Source: Dehalococcoidia bacterium (GTDB lineage Bacteria; Chloroflexota; Dehalococcoidia; DSTF01; JACRBR01). Taken from it: DNA of 60,950 nt. The translations under genes were made by a program, and so were the position numbers. The stretch covers positions 1 to 60,950 of the forward strand of contig DATECV010000205.1 in NCBI GenBank assembly GCA_035286725.1, in the 5' to 3' direction. Shown piece after piece: positions 34,700-46,564 of this stretch (its first letter is position 1; the number at the start of each line of letters is the position of its first letter). The notes under the pieces are model-generated. The model did not search any database and was not told where the DNA came from. It worked only from the letters and a program-made list of their open reading frames with translations.

Positions 34700-35872
34700 T
34701 CATGCCCGCGTCCCCACTTCGTCCAGCAGCGTGCCGCGTTCCACGACGGGCAACGGCAGCAGCACCCGCGCCCGAAACTCGTCGTCGCGTGCACACCGCA
34801 GCAGCGCTTCCCGGTCACGGAACAGCCGCAACTGCAACCGCACCATCTCCGCAAGCGAGACGACCTCGGCATTTCGCGCTTCTATGTACTCCGCGAACGC
34901 CCCCGCGCTCAAATCACCCGCACGCAACGCGCGGCCGACCGTCGTCGCCGCCAGCCGCCCCATCCGCATCGCGAACTCGATCCCCTGTCCCGTGATCGGC
35001 GACAGGTACCCGGATGCGTCGCCCACGAGCACCAGCCGGTCCCGCACCACCTCCGGCACACGGTACGCCAGCGGCGCCATCGCCCAGATGCCGCCTGCAC
35101 GCGGTTCCCGCTCCAGCCGCTCCGCCAGCCACGGGTCGTACTTGCGCGCCACGTACTCGTAGTACTCGCCTGGCTTCATCTGCTCCTGCTGTTTGACGCC
35201 CAGATCCGCTTCCAGGATGTACCGAAACAACCCCGGCCGGATCTGGGAACCGCTGATCATCGCGCCGGCGTCACCATACAGGTGCCGGTCCCACGCTTGC
35301 TCCGGCGTCCCCTCGAACGACTCGAAGAAGCGCGCCACCGCTATCTGCTGGAACTCCGGCTCCGGCTGCTTCAACCCCAGCGCGTTCAGCGCCACGCTGT
35401 GCCGCCCGCTCGCGTCGATGAGCACCTTGCCCTGGTACTCTCCACCGTCGCGCGTCCGCACCACGACGCCGTCAGCACGAAGTTCCAGGTCCTTGGCCGT
35501 CGCGTCGCAGACGATCCGCGCCCCCGCCTGCCCCGCGCGCTTGCGCAGCGCCGCGTTGAAGCCTCCGCGGTCGATGGCCAGATGCCCCAGACCCTCCGGA
35601 ATCGCGTGCATCGTCCAGGAGAGGTCGGGATAGACGTTCCGCACGAAGCGAAAGCGCTCGTACGCCCACTCGGCGTTCAGGTCGATGCCGAGCTGCCCGC
35701 ACTCGATCTGCGTCTGCAGCGCCAGCACTTCGCCCGATGTCACGTCCGGCCCCGCATCCAGCGGGTCTCGCTCGAGCATCAGCACGTCGTGCCCGCCCTC
35801 GGCCAGCCGTATCGCCGCCGAGCATCCGCCCGGCCCGGCGCCCGCAATGAGGACCTCTGCGTCGTAGCTCAC
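34700..35872 (-). CDS. FAD-dependent oxidoreductase (geranylgeranyl reductase/aromatic hydroxylase family)
   Basis: N-terminal dinucleotide fold VLIAGAGPGGCSAAIRLAEGGHDVLMLER and a later GDASG motif (LVGDASGYLSPITGQGI). Confidence 0.85.
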   Translation of the reverse strand: MSYDAEVLIAGAGPGGCSAAIRLAEGGHDVLMLERDPLDAGPDVTSGEVLALQTQIECGQLGIDLNAEWAYERFRFVRNVYPDLSWTMHAIPEGLGHLAIDRGGFNAALRKRAGQAGARIVCDATAKDLELRADGVVVRTRDGGEYQGKVLIDASGRHSVALNALGLKQPEPEFQQIAVARFFESFEGTPEQAWDRHLYGDAGAMISGSQIRPGLFRYILEADLGVKQQEQMKPGEYYEYVARKYDPWLAERLEREPRAGGIWAMAPLAYRVPEVVRDRLVLVGDASGYLSPITGQGIEFAMRMGRLAATTVGRALRAGDLSAGAFAEYIEARNAEVVSLAEMVRLQLRLFRDREALLRCARDDEFRARVLLPLPVVERGTLLDEVGTRA

Positions 35873-35881
35873 GCGGCCCTC

Positions 35882-36781
35882 CTACGGCTCTTCGACGACG
35901 GGATTCTCCAGGGCGCCGAGCCCGGTGATCTCCACGCGCACGGTGTCGCCCGCTTTCAGGAACACTGGCGGCTTGCGAGAGACACCCACGCCGGCCGGCG
36001 TTCCCGTGAACACGACGTCGCCCGGCTCCAGCGTGAACGCAGTCGAGATGTACTCGATGAGCGCCGGCACGTCGAAGATCAGGTGCTTCGTGTTCGAAGA
36101 CTGCACTTGCGCGCCGTTCACGAAGCACTTCACGTCCAGGTTTGCCGGATCGACCTCGTCTCTTGTCACCAGCCAGGGCCCGGTCGGCCCGTGCGTGTCG
36201 AACCCCTTGCCGATCATCCACGTCGGATTGTGGAACTGCCAGTCCCGCACCGAGACGTCGTTCCCGCACATGAACCCGGCGACGTACTCCATCGCCTCCG
36301 CCGCCTTGATGTGCCGCCCCTTCTTCCCGATGACGAAGCACATCTCCGCTTCCCAGTCGACCGACGTGCTGGCCTTCGGCCGGTGTACCGGCATCCCCGG
36401 TCCCGTGATGCACGTCGAAACCTTCGAGAACACCACCGGGTACTTCGGCAGCGCCTGTCCCGACTCCTCCGCGTGGTCACGGTAGTTCAGTCCGATCGCG
36501 AGGACTTTCCCCGGCCGCGGTATGGGCGCCTCCAGCCGGGCACCGTCGTGACTCAGCGAGACGATTATCCCGTTCGCCGAGGCCTCGCTCTTCGCTGCGG
36601 CCTGCGCCGCCTCCAGCGTGTCCCGCACCGCCGCCATCGCAGCTTCGCCCTCACCCAGCAGCTCCAGCATGCTCGTCGGCAGTCGGCCCCCGCTGCCCCG
36701 GTTCAAGTCCACGACGTTCTCGTCGTCCAGCATCACCCCCGTCCGCGACACCCCGCCCTGCGAATACGTCACAAGCCTCAT
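35882..36781 (-). CDS. Fumarylacetoacetate hydrolase (FAH) family protein
   Basis: Start MRLVTY after AGGTGGA. FAH motifs (GLNYRDHAEE, DWEAEMCFVIGK, VFTGTPAGVG). Confidence 0.9.
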   Translation of the reverse strand: MRLVTYSQGGVSRTGVMLDDENVVDLNRGSGGRLPTSMLELLGEGEAAMAAVRDTLEAAQAAAKSEASANGIIVSLSHDGARLEAPIPRPGKVLAIGLNYRDHAEESGQALPKYPVVFSKVSTCITGPGMPVHRPKASTSVDWEAEMCFVIGKKGRHIKAAEAMEYVAGFMCGNDVSVRDWQFHNPTWMIGKGFDTHGPTGPWLVTRDEVDPANLDVKCFVNGAQVQSSNTKHLIFDVPALIEYISTAFTLEPGDVVFTGTPAGVGVSRKPPVFLKAGDTVRVEITGLGALENPVVEEP

Positions 36782-36857
36782 CCATCCACCTTTGCCATCG
36801 CGCTCGCTCACTCTGTTGTCTGTCGCCTGTTATCCGGCCTCGGCCGCGGGCCCGCGC

Positions 36858-37790
36858 CTAAGCGCGCGCCGGGTGCATCCCCGCCATCAGCTCCGCCAGG
36901 TCGTCCGGCCGCAGGAACGATGCCGGCGGCGGCGGCCCCCACGAGTACAGTGCCCGCATCCCCTCCCACACCTGCGGCTTCCAGAGCTGGTCGTCGATGA
37001 TGCAGTCCAGGTCGCTGTAGTACTCCGCAAAGTTCCCCGCCGGGTCCCGGAAGTACCAGAAGAAGTTGCTCCCGATGTGGTGCCGGCCGAACCCCCACAC
37101 GTGCCGGGACGGGTCCTTCGTCAGCAGCGACTGCGCCCCAAGTCCGATCTCGTCCACGTCCTCCACCTGCCACGACGTGTGGTGCAGAAATTGCACCGGC
37201 GCCCGCTGCACCAGCAGGTTGTGGTGGTCTTCCGAGCAGCGCATGAAATACGCGTGCCCCTTCACCTCGTCGCTGATCTTGAACCCGATGCCCTCCAGGA
37301 AGAACTTGTTGCTCGCTTCGGGTTCCGTCGACCCCACCACCACGTGTCCCAGCTTCCGCGGCCGCGCCCGCACCATCTCGTCGCCCTTCGGCAGCCGTGG
37401 AGCGCGCCCCTGCCGGTCGATGCGGCCCGGCCCGTTGTACACGGGCACCGGCGCGGGCGCCTGATTCAACCGCCGCGCCACCTCCACCGTTACCTTCACA
37501 CCCGAGCCGGAGTCGATCGCCGAGACCGCCGTCTCGCCGTGCTCGTGCGTCACGTCCAGTTTCGCGAGCTGGCCCGCCACTCGGCTCACGTCATCCGGGT
37601 CGTCCGCCCCGATGCGCAGCTCCACCAATTGCCGCACCGGCGTCTGTACCAGGCGCAACTGCTCGCCACCGTCCGCCGTCTCGAACCGCCCGGGCGACGT
37701 CTCCGTGAGGTTGAAGTCGCGGTAAAACTCCGCCGTCTTTGCCACGTCCGGGACCCCGATCACCACCTGGTTCAGCCGGTGCAACGCCAT
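36858..37790 (-). CDS. VOC-family extradiol ring-cleavage dioxygenase-like protein (two glyoxalase modules)
   Basis: 310 aa, two VOC repeats (LNQVVIGVPD..., LGHVVVGSTEP...HHTSWQVEDVDE). Confidence 0.8.
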   Translation of the reverse strand: MALHRLNQVVIGVPDVAKTAEFYRDFNLTETSPGRFETADGGEQLRLVQTPVRQLVELRIGADDPDDVSRVAGQLAKLDVTHEHGETAVSAIDSGSGVKVTVEVARRLNQAPAPVPVYNGPGRIDRQGRAPRLPKGDEMVRARPRKLGHVVVGSTEPEASNKFFLEGIGFKISDEVKGHAYFMRCSEDHHNLLVQRAPVQFLHHTSWQVEDVDEIGLGAQSLLTKDPSRHVWGFGRHHIGSNFFWYFRDPAGNFAEYYSDLDCIIDDQLWKPQVWEGMRALYSWGPPPPASFLRPDDLAELMAGMHPARA

Positions 37791-37812
37791 GGTGCCACTC
37801 CTTCCGCGAGCC

Positions 37813-38328
37813 TCAGGCTCTCTCGCAGTCCGTCGTGCGCGCCGCCTCGCTCAGCTTCCGCAGCAGCCGCGCCAGCGTCCGCTGCTCCTGCCTGGTCAGC
37901 GTCCCCGTCAGTGTCCGCTCGGACTCGTGGGCCGAGCGTTGCGCCCGTTCGACCAGCCGCCGCCCCGCCGCCGTCAGCTCGATGATCACGAGCCGCCGGT
38001 CGACCTTCGACCGCACCCGCTGCACGTGCCCGCCGCGCTCCAGCGTGTCCACCGCGCTCACCACGGCCGGCCGGCTCACCCCCAATACGCGCGCGAGCAC
38101 CCGAGTCTCCAGCGGCCCCATCGTCCACAGCGACATCAGCAGCACGAATCCCGCGTGCGTCAGGCCCAGCGGCCGCAGTACGACGCTCTCGATCGTCGAG
38201 AACACGTCCGCCTGCGCCCGGAACAGGTTGAACGCCACCGCCTGCGCGTCCAGGTCGACACCTCGCGGCCCGAAGAACGACCGCAGGTGGCTCTCGTACG
38301 TCTCGGCCTGTTGACGCTCGGCGACCAT
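37813..38328 (-). CDS. MarR family transcriptional regulator
   Basis: Winged HTH (LARVLGVSRPAVVSAVDTLERGGHVQRVRSKVDRRLVIIELT). Confidence 0.9.
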   Translation of the reverse strand: MVAERQQAETYESHLRSFFGPRGVDLDAQAVAFNLFRAQADVFSTIESVVLRPLGLTHAGFVLLMSLWTMGPLETRVLARVLGVSRPAVVSAVDTLERGGHVQRVRSKVDRRLVIIELTAAGRRLVERAQRSAHESERTLTGTLTRQEQRTLARLLRKLSEAARTTDCERA

Positions 38329-38407
38329 ATCGTTAGAATCCTAATGATATAGCCGGAGTATGTCAATACCACGGGGGCCAACCTGCGCCCGGATCGATGG
38401 AGCGACC

Positions 38408-38833
38408 ATGAACGACGAACAACGCCAGTTCCTCTACACCAACCGCCTCTGCATCGTCGGCGTCGGCCGTAAGGCTGGCCCCCCGCACATGTCCCCCGTC
38501 TACTACGTCATGGACGGCGACGACATCCTCATCTCCACCACGCATTCCCGCTTCAAGGCCAAGGCCGTCAAGCGCAACCCCGATGTCTCGGTCTGCGTCC
38601 TCGCCGAGCAGTACCCTTTCCCGTACTTGCTGGTCTACGGCCGCGGGCAGATCGAGGAAGAGGGCGCGCCCGATCTCATGATGAAGGTCGGCGAGCGCAT
38701 GACCGGCAACCCCGTGCCCGAGGCCGCCCGCCCCGCCATCGAGCAGCGCGCCAAAGACGAAGGCCGCCTCGTCCTCCGCGTCAAGCCATCGGAGTTCCGC
38801 TCCACCCTCCCCCTCACCCAGCAGAAGAAGTAG
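38408..38833 (+). CDS. PPOX-class (pyridoxamine 5'-phosphate oxidase fold) probable F420-dependent enzyme
   Basis: Start MNDEQRQFL after GGAG. Split-barrel motif context (GPPHMSPVYYVMDGDDILIST). Confidence 0.75.
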   Translation: MNDEQRQFLYTNRLCIVGVGRKAGPPHMSPVYYVMDGDDILISTTHSRFKAKAVKRNPDVSVCVLAEQYPFPYLLVYGRGQIEEEGAPDLMMKVGERMTGNPVPEAARPAIEQRAKDEGRLVLRVKPSEFRSTLPLTQQKK

Positions 38834-39024
38834 CCGCGTTCAGGGCGCCGTCCGTCGCGGCAGCCCAAGCCATGTAGTCATGCGCGCAACAGCGTGCGCC
38901 GTAGCCGCCCTCGGCTGTGCTCGGTCCCGGAGAATGGAGCGCGGGCGCCCCGCCTGCGCCTCGGTGGCGATGGATTGGCCTCGGCCGCGAGTGCTGGTCG
39001 CGAAACGGAGGCCGCCTGGCCCGG

Positions 39025-39405
39025 CTATGACGAAGGCCGCGTTAGCTCGGCGATCAGCGCCTCAGGCTCCCGCACCGACACCGCGATCCACTCCACCTCA
39101 AACGGTGTCGGCAGCAAGATCCGCACCCGCCTCCGCTTCGTTAGCCGCAGCCTCACAACATCCCGCGTCGAGCCGATGAGCCCGACCCCGCGCCACGCCA
39201 GCCGCCACCCGATCCCGCCCAGGAAGCTCCACTGCATCCGCTCGACGCCCGCGATCTCGCTCCGGGGTACGGTCTCGTCCGTCAGCAGCCCGAACCGCAA
39301 TCGCACCTCAGTCTCCGAGGTCTCGACGAACGAGTTCTCGCGTGTCGCCCCGCCAACGAAGAGCAGCCCCCGCCAGATCGCGTCCAACCGCATCGGATAC
39401 CGCAT
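39025..39405 (-). CDS. Hypothetical protein (126 aa), co-transcribed with the upstream hydrolase
   Basis: 3-nt gap to the upstream gene. Coding-like, no recognisable motif. Confidence 0.55.
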   Translation of the reverse strand: MRYPMRLDAIWRGLLFVGGATRENSFVETSETEVRLRFGLLTDETVPRSEIAGVERMQWSFLGGIGWRLAWRGVGLIGSTRDVVRLRLTKRRRVRILLPTPFEVEWIAVSVREPEALIAELTRPSS

Positions 39406-39408
39406 CGC

Positions 39409-41370
39409 TTACTCCACCACCAGATCCACGTTCTGGCCGAACTTGTTGTTGATCGCCGTCGCTGCCACCTCGCGCCCATCGACATTGAATCGCACGGTCC
39501 CGTCCCGCGTGCATCCCGGCGCAGACTCCGGTCCGGCCACCAGCACGTCGAACGAGTCCGGACCGCTGAACTCCATCACCACCGGCGTCAGTGAACCCAC
39601 CCCGCATAGCGTCTCGCCGATATACGCCTCGATCCGGGTCCCCGGGCCCAGGTGCGAGCCGTCCGGCCCCAGCACCGTCCCGTACACGGGCGTATCCTCC
39701 GGCCCCGTCATCCCCGCGTCCGTCGTTGCGAACGATAGGTCAACGTCGATGCTCCCGCCGCCAGCCCGCCACGTGATCGGCCCCGACAACCGCACCGCAT
39801 CCTTCTCCCAGATCGCGGCGTAGATCGCCGAGCCATCCTCGCCGCAGCCCGCCGCTTCCTCCGCGCTCGCGATCACGCGCTCGTACGCGCCCGCGCGCAC
39901 AACGTCTCCTGGGTACGAGCACAGAGCCCGCAGCCCGTCCCGCTCCACCAGGAACCAGAGGAACCGTCCATCGTTGCCCGGCTTCCCGTCGATCGTGATG
40001 TTCCCTCGCAACGTGACGCGTTCGCCCGCGCCCGCCACAGCCTCCGCGCCCGGCAGCCCCAGCCGTGGCGCCAGCGTGAACGTCGCTCCGGCGTTGCGCA
40101 GATCGTCTACCAGAACGTCCTCACCTGCCGGCTTCACGCCGTGCTCCACCCACGCCACAAGGTCATCCAGGCCGCGCTCCCACTCCGTCACCGTCGTGTT
40201 GCAGTGATACGGGTCGCGGATCACGCGCTGCACCAGCAGATCACCCTTCCCCGCTTCGTCCACCTGGCGCCGCAGGATCTGCTCCTGGTCGATCGGCACT
40301 TGCCAGTCGCCAGTCGTGTGCAGCGTGATCATTGGCATCTGTAGCTCGCCCGTGATCTCGTTCCCACGGGTGAAGTTCCTCAGCCGGTCCGGGTCGTCCG
40401 CCAGACGGATCACCCCGCGGTTGAACTCCTCGCTCGAAACCGCGGTTCCCGGCGCCAGGGTGTACGTCCGCTCCGCATTCATCCCGATGCGCGTCGCCAC
40501 CAGGATTTTCGCGCGCTCCCAGTTCGTCGCTTCTTCCGCGTGGATGCCCGCCCGGTCGAATGCTCGCGGCCCGCCCGTCATCCCGATCAGGATCGACTCG
40601 AACGTCTCGCGCCTCTCCGGATCCTCTAGCGCCGGGACGATGCGGCCGTAGATCAGCTCCGCCAGGTCTCCGTTCGGGTCGAACTCCTCTGGCTTCACGC
40701 CTGCCGCATACGCCGCTGCGAAGAACCAGTCGTTCACGATCTCGGCCTGCGCCGTCTGTCCCGCGAATCCGCAGATCGACAGCGCTCCGTCGAACCGGTC
40801 GCCGTACCGCTCCGCCGCGATGTTCGTCGCGCCCCCGCCCATCGAGTGCCCGGTGACGTACGTGTACGCCGGTCGCCCATACGCCGCCGCGAAGTAGTCC
40901 CACAGCGCAGCCGTCTCGTCCGCCGCCCGGCCCGGGATGAGCGATGTGCTGCTGAAGCTTGACGCGCCCCAGGCGTACCCGTGCCGTATCAGATACCGCC
41001 GCAGTCCCGGTGGCTGCACCGATGCCTTCGGCGCCAGCCCCTGGAACCCGTGCATGTACAGCACCAGCCGCCCGTTCCAGTCGTCCGGCACCTCGATCTG
41101 GTACACCGCGCCGCTCAGCCGCCCGAAGTCCGCCTTCGCCCCTGGCAGCGCCGTGAAATCGGGATCTTCCAGCCCGATGTCCTGCGGCTCGGGGCTCACG
41201 GCGACGGGTGGGGGCAACGGCCGTGCGGTCGCCGTCGCCGCCGGCGTCGAAAGTGGCGTCGTCACCGCTGCTTCGGGCTTGGCGTCGCTGCACGCGCTCG
41301 ACACCGCCATCGCGAAGGAAAGCGCGGCGAGCATGAGGAATGCGGCCGTGCGGCCGCGTCTCGAGGGCAT
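39409..41370 (-). CDS. Secreted lipoprotein, alpha/beta-hydrolase N-terminal domain plus large C-terminal domain
   Basis: Lipobox signal MPSRRGRTAAFLMLAALSFAMAVSSAC. Nucleophile elbow GHSMGG. Start follows GGGAGA. Confidence 0.8.
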   Translation of the reverse strand: MPSRRGRTAAFLMLAALSFAMAVSSACSDAKPEAAVTTPLSTPAATATARPLPPPVAVSPEPQDIGLEDPDFTALPGAKADFGRLSGAVYQIEVPDDWNGRLVLYMHGFQGLAPKASVQPPGLRRYLIRHGYAWGASSFSSTSLIPGRAADETAALWDYFAAAYGRPAYTYVTGHSMGGGATNIAAERYGDRFDGALSICGFAGQTAQAEIVNDWFFAAAYAAGVKPEEFDPNGDLAELIYGRIVPALEDPERRETFESILIGMTGGPRAFDRAGIHAEEATNWERAKILVATRIGMNAERTYTLAPGTAVSSEEFNRGVIRLADDPDRLRNFTRGNEITGELQMPMITLHTTGDWQVPIDQEQILRRQVDEAGKGDLLVQRVIRDPYHCNTTVTEWERGLDDLVAWVEHGVKPAGEDVLVDDLRNAGATFTLAPRLGLPGAEAVAGAGERVTLRGNITIDGKPGNDGRFLWFLVERDGLRALCSYPGDVVRAGAYERVIASAEEAAGCGEDGSAIYAAIWEKDAVRLSGPITWRAGGGSIDVDLSFATTDAGMTGPEDTPVYGTVLGPDGSHLGPGTRIEAYIGETLCGVGSLTPVVMEFSGPDSFDVLVAGPESAPGCTRDGTVRFNVDGREVAATAINNKFGQNVDLVVE

Positions 41371-41432
41371 GGATCTCCCTGGCTCGGTGTGCTTGCGGCA
41401 GCGTAGCACAACGCCCCTGATACCATGCACGG

Positions 41433-43007
<1,575 letters not shown>

Positions 43008-43021
43008 CTCCCTCTGGCCAC

Positions 43022-43049
43022 CGTAGCGCCGGCTTCCCAGCCCGCGCGG
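43022..43049. repeat. Degenerate REP-like element, family 1 (CGTAGCGCCGGCTTCCCAGCCCGCGCGG)
   Basis: Shares the CGTAGCGC...CAGCCCGCGCGG frame with the other copies. Confidence 0.55.
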
Positions 43050-43132
43050 CACACGGTTAACGGCAAGGCATCCATCGCCCATCCGCGGGCGTATCATGTC
43101 CAGCAGGCACACCCTCGCACGGAGGCCTCCCT

Positions 43133-43978
43133 ATGCGCACCTACACCCGCCGAGAGTTCATCGCCATCACCGCCACTGGCGCCGCCGCGGCTGCCGTTGC
43201 CGCCGCATGCGGTGGTGACGACTACGGGGACGACGACAAACCCAGCAGCACGGCGACGCTCGCCCCCGCGGGCGCCGCGGCCACAGCCGCATCCACCGTC
43301 GATGCCGGCGAGGACAACGCTGCCGTCGGCCTTCGCTGGTTCGGACAGGCAATGTTCGTCCTCACCAGCCCCGGCGGCACGACCGTCCTCCTCGATCCTT
43401 TCAACGACATCGGGTACACCGTCCCGCCACCCTTGAACACCGACGTCGCGACCATCACGCACGAGCACCCCGATCACAACAACGCGGGCCTCGGTGGCAC
43501 CGCGACGTTGTTCCGCGGACTCACCGCTGATGGCTGGACGGATCTCGACGAGACCGTCGGCGACGTCCGCATCCGCACCGTCCGCACCTATCACGACGAT
43601 GCACAGGGCGCCCAGCGCGGCCGCAACAGCGTCTTCGTCTTCGAGACGGCCGGCATCCGCATCGCACACCTCGGCGACCTCGGCCACCAGCTCGACGATC
43701 AGCAGCTCGGGGCGATCGGCAACGTCGACGCGCTGATGGTCCCGGTCGGCGGCACCTTCACGATCGACGCGGCCGGCGCCACCGCCGTTACGAACGCCCT
43801 CAACCCTAAGATGGTCTTTCCCATGCACTACAAGACCGAGAAGGCCGGAGGCTCCCTTGCTACCGCCGACGCCTTCCTCGAGGGCAAGACCGTCCAGCGC
43901 GTAGGCAGCACCGACCTCCGCCTCGCCCGGGCCGACATCCCCGACACGCTGACGGTGTACGTGCTCGACTACGAATAG
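43133..43978 (+). CDS. MBL-fold metallo-hydrolase with Tat signal
   Basis: RREFIAITATGAAAAAVAAACGG signal and HxHxDH motif (THEHPDHNN). Confidence 0.85.
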   Translation: MRTYTRREFIAITATGAAAAAVAAACGGDDYGDDDKPSSTATLAPAGAAATAASTVDAGEDNAAVGLRWFGQAMFVLTSPGGTTVLLDPFNDIGYTVPPPLNTDVATITHEHPDHNNAGLGGTATLFRGLTADGWTDLDETVGDVRIRTVRTYHDDAQGAQRGRNSVFVFETAGIRIAHLGDLGHQLDDQQLGAIGNVDALMVPVGGTFTIDAAGATAVTNALNPKMVFPMHYKTEKAGGSLATADAFLEGKTVQRVGSTDLRLARADIPDTLTVYVLDYE

Positions 43979-44351
43979 CTGGCCGGTTGCTTTCGCGGGG
44001 CGTCGCGCCCGCCGCGTCGCCGGTTATAGCGGCTTAAGTTTGGTCGCCCGACATAGATTCGATGCTGCTCCTTTCAGATTCGGTTGCTCGGCAGTTTTGT
44101 GTTTTTTTCGGGCGGACGCAGAGCACCTCGTCGGTCTGGTGCTGGTTGACGGAGTGTGAGGTCCGCCGAGGCGACCGTAACGGGACGGACGGGAGAGCTC
44201 CAAGTGCGCTGGATCACATTGGGAGAAAATTCGGTGAGAGCAGAAAGCTGATCGGCTGACAAGCCGCCGAGCCGACGGAATCTACTTCCTAACTCGGCGG
44301 CCGACTATCATTCCGGCCAGTCACCCATCCCTGAGGGAACAGGACATAACG

Positions 44352-45377
44352 ATGAAACTCGGACTCTCCGCCGGATACTGGAGCAGCGGCCCGCCTCCTG
44401 GCGCTGAAGAGCAGATCGCCGCCGCCGAAGACCTTGGCTTCGACTCCGTCTGGACCGCTGAGGCGTACGGCTCCGACGCGCTGACGCCGCTCGCCTGGTG
44501 GGGCAGCAAGACGAAGAAGCTCAAGCTCGGCACGTCGATCGTGCAGCTCTCCGCGCGGACGCCCGCCGCCACCGCCATGGCCGCCATGACGCTCGACCAC
44601 CTCTCCGGCGGCCGCGTCATCCTCGGCATCGGCGCCTCCGGCCCGCAGGTCGTGGAAGGGTGGTATGGCCAGCCGTACCCGCGCCCGCTCGAGCGCACGC
44701 GCGAGTACATCGACATCCTGCGCATGATCTTCGCGCGCGAAAAGCCCGTCGAGTACTCCGGCCACCACTACCAGATGCCCCTGCACGGAGGCATGAACCT
44801 CGGCAAGGCGCTGAAGTCGACCATCCACCCGCTGCGCACAGAGATCCCCGTCTTCCTCGCCGCCGAGGGCCCCAAGAACGTCGCGCTCGCGGCCGAGATC
44901 GCCGATGGCTGGCTCCCGCTCTTCATGTCCCCAAAGAGCGACAGGTTCTACCGCGACGCGCTCGCTGAGGGCTTCAAGCGGCCGACGGCACGCCACAAGC
45001 CGGAGGACTTCGAGGTCGCCGCCATCGTCCCGGTGATCGTGAACAAGGACGTCGAGGTCGCCGCCGACATGGTGCGCCCCATGCTCGCGCTCTACGCCGG
45101 CGGCATGGGCGCCCGCAACGCCAACTTCCACTTCGACGTGCTCGCCCGCCTGGGCTACGAGGAGGTCTGCCTCCGTGTTCAGGATCTCTACCTCAACGGC
45201 AAGAAGCGCGAAGCCATGGCCGCGATTCCGACGCAGATGGTGGAGGACACCGCCCTTATCGGCCCCATCGAGAAGATCCGCGACGACCTGGCCGCCTGGA
45301 GGTCCACCTGCCTCACGACGATGCTCGTCGGCGGCCCTCCACCGCTCCTCGAACAGATCGCTAAGGCGGTGCTGTGA
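44352..45377 (+). CDS. LLM-class (luciferase-like) F420-dependent oxidoreductase, copy 1
   Basis: TIM-barrel LLM motifs (GFDSVWTAEAYGSDALTPLAWW, LDHLSGGRVILGIGASGP). Confidence 0.85.
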   Translation: MKLGLSAGYWSSGPPPGAEEQIAAAEDLGFDSVWTAEAYGSDALTPLAWWGSKTKKLKLGTSIVQLSARTPAATAMAAMTLDHLSGGRVILGIGASGPQVVEGWYGQPYPRPLERTREYIDILRMIFAREKPVEYSGHHYQMPLHGGMNLGKALKSTIHPLRTEIPVFLAAEGPKNVALAAEIADGWLPLFMSPKSDRFYRDALAEGFKRPTARHKPEDFEVAAIVPVIVNKDVEVAADMVRPMLALYAGGMGARNANFHFDVLARLGYEEVCLRVQDLYLNGKKREAMAAIPTQMVEDTALIGPIEKIRDDLAAWRSTCLTTMLVGGPPPLLEQIAKAVL

Positions 45378-46423
45378 CCGGATCGGCGCCGAAGAAGCTC
45401 AAGCTCGGCTACGCCGCCGGCTATTGGGCCAGCGGTCCGCCCCCCAACATCGAGGAGGCGCTCGCGGCGGCCGAAGACCTCGGCTTCGACTCGTTCTGGA
45501 CCGCCGAGGCCTACGGCTCCGACTGTCTGACACCGCTCGCCTGGTGGGGCGCGAAGACCTCGCGCATCAAGCTCGGCACGTCCATCATGCAGCTCTCCGC
45601 CCGCACCCCCGCGGCCGCGGCGATGGCCGCGATGACGCTCGACCACCTCTCCGGCGGGCGTTTTATCCTCGGCCTCGGCGCTTCGGGCCCGCAGGTGGTC
45701 GAGGGTTGGTACGGCCGGCCCTACCCGCGCCCCCTCGAGCGCACGCGGGAGTACGTCGAGATCCTGCGGCGCACCTTCGCGCGAGCAGCGCCGGTCGAGT
45801 ACGCCGGACGCCATTACCAGATGCCGTACCCCGGCGGCATGAACCTGGGCAAGGCGCTGAAGTCCACCATCCACCCGCTCCGCACCGACATTCCGATCTA
45901 CCTCGGCGCGGAAGGCCCGAAGAACGTCGCCATGACCGCGGAGATCGCCGATGGCTGGCTGCCGGTCTTCTTCTCGCCGGGCATGGACCGGTACTACCGC
46001 GACGCCCTCGCGGAAGGCTTCGCGCGTCCCGGGGCGCGCCGCACGCCCGAGACCTTCGAGGTGCCGCTGGCGCTGTCCATCGTCCCCAACGACGACCTCG
46101 AGGCCGCGGCCGACATGGTGCGCCCCATGCTGGCCCTGTACATCGGCGGCATGGGCGCGCGCGAGATGAACTTCCACTTCGAGGTCTTCGCCCGCATGGG
46201 CTACGAGGAAACGTGCGTGCGTGTGCAGGAGCTGTTCCTGTCCGGCGACAAGCGCGGCGCGACGGCAGCGATCCCCACGAAGATGGTCGAAGAGATCGCC
46301 ATCATCGGCCCCGTGGCCAAGATCAAGGATGATCTGCAGCGCTGGACCGACACCATCGCCACCTCGCTCCTGATCGGCGGCCCTCCACAGTTCCTCGAGC
46401 TGATATCGAAGGTCGTCTGGTGA
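45374..46423 (+). CDS. LLM-class F420-dependent oxidoreductase, copy 2 (tandem paralogue)
   Basis: GTGA start/stop overlap. More than 60% identical by eye to copy 1. Confidence 0.85.
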   Translation: MTGSAPKKLKLGYAAGYWASGPPPNIEEALAAAEDLGFDSFWTAEAYGSDCLTPLAWWGAKTSRIKLGTSIMQLSARTPAAAAMAAMTLDHLSGGRFILGLGASGPQVVEGWYGRPYPRPLERTREYVEILRRTFARAAPVEYAGRHYQMPYPGGMNLGKALKSTIHPLRTDIPIYLGAEGPKNVAMTAEIADGWLPVFFSPGMDRYYRDALAEGFARPGARRTPETFEVPLALSIVPNDDLEAAADMVRPMLALYIGGMGAREMNFHFEVFARMGYEETCVRVQELFLSGDKRGATAAIPTKMVEEIAIIGPVAKIKDDLQRWTDTIATSLLIGGPPQFLELISKVVW

Positions 46424-46431
46424 CGACACGT

Positions 46432-46480
46432 CGTAGCGCGCTCATTAGATTCCGTAGCGCGGGCTTTTCAGCCCGCGCGG
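46432..46480. repeat. REP-like family 1: partial unit (CGTAGCGCG, 46432-46440) plus full unit CGTAGCGCGGGCTTTTCAGCCCGCGCGG (46453-46480)
   Basis: Read directly in a convergent intergenic region. Confidence 0.75.
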
Positions 46481-46564
46481 TGGTCGCATGAAGGGAGAGC
46501 TCCACGCAGGATTGGTGCACTTGAACCCGCCTGTATGGAGCAGGGGTTATGACGGGGCGATGGC

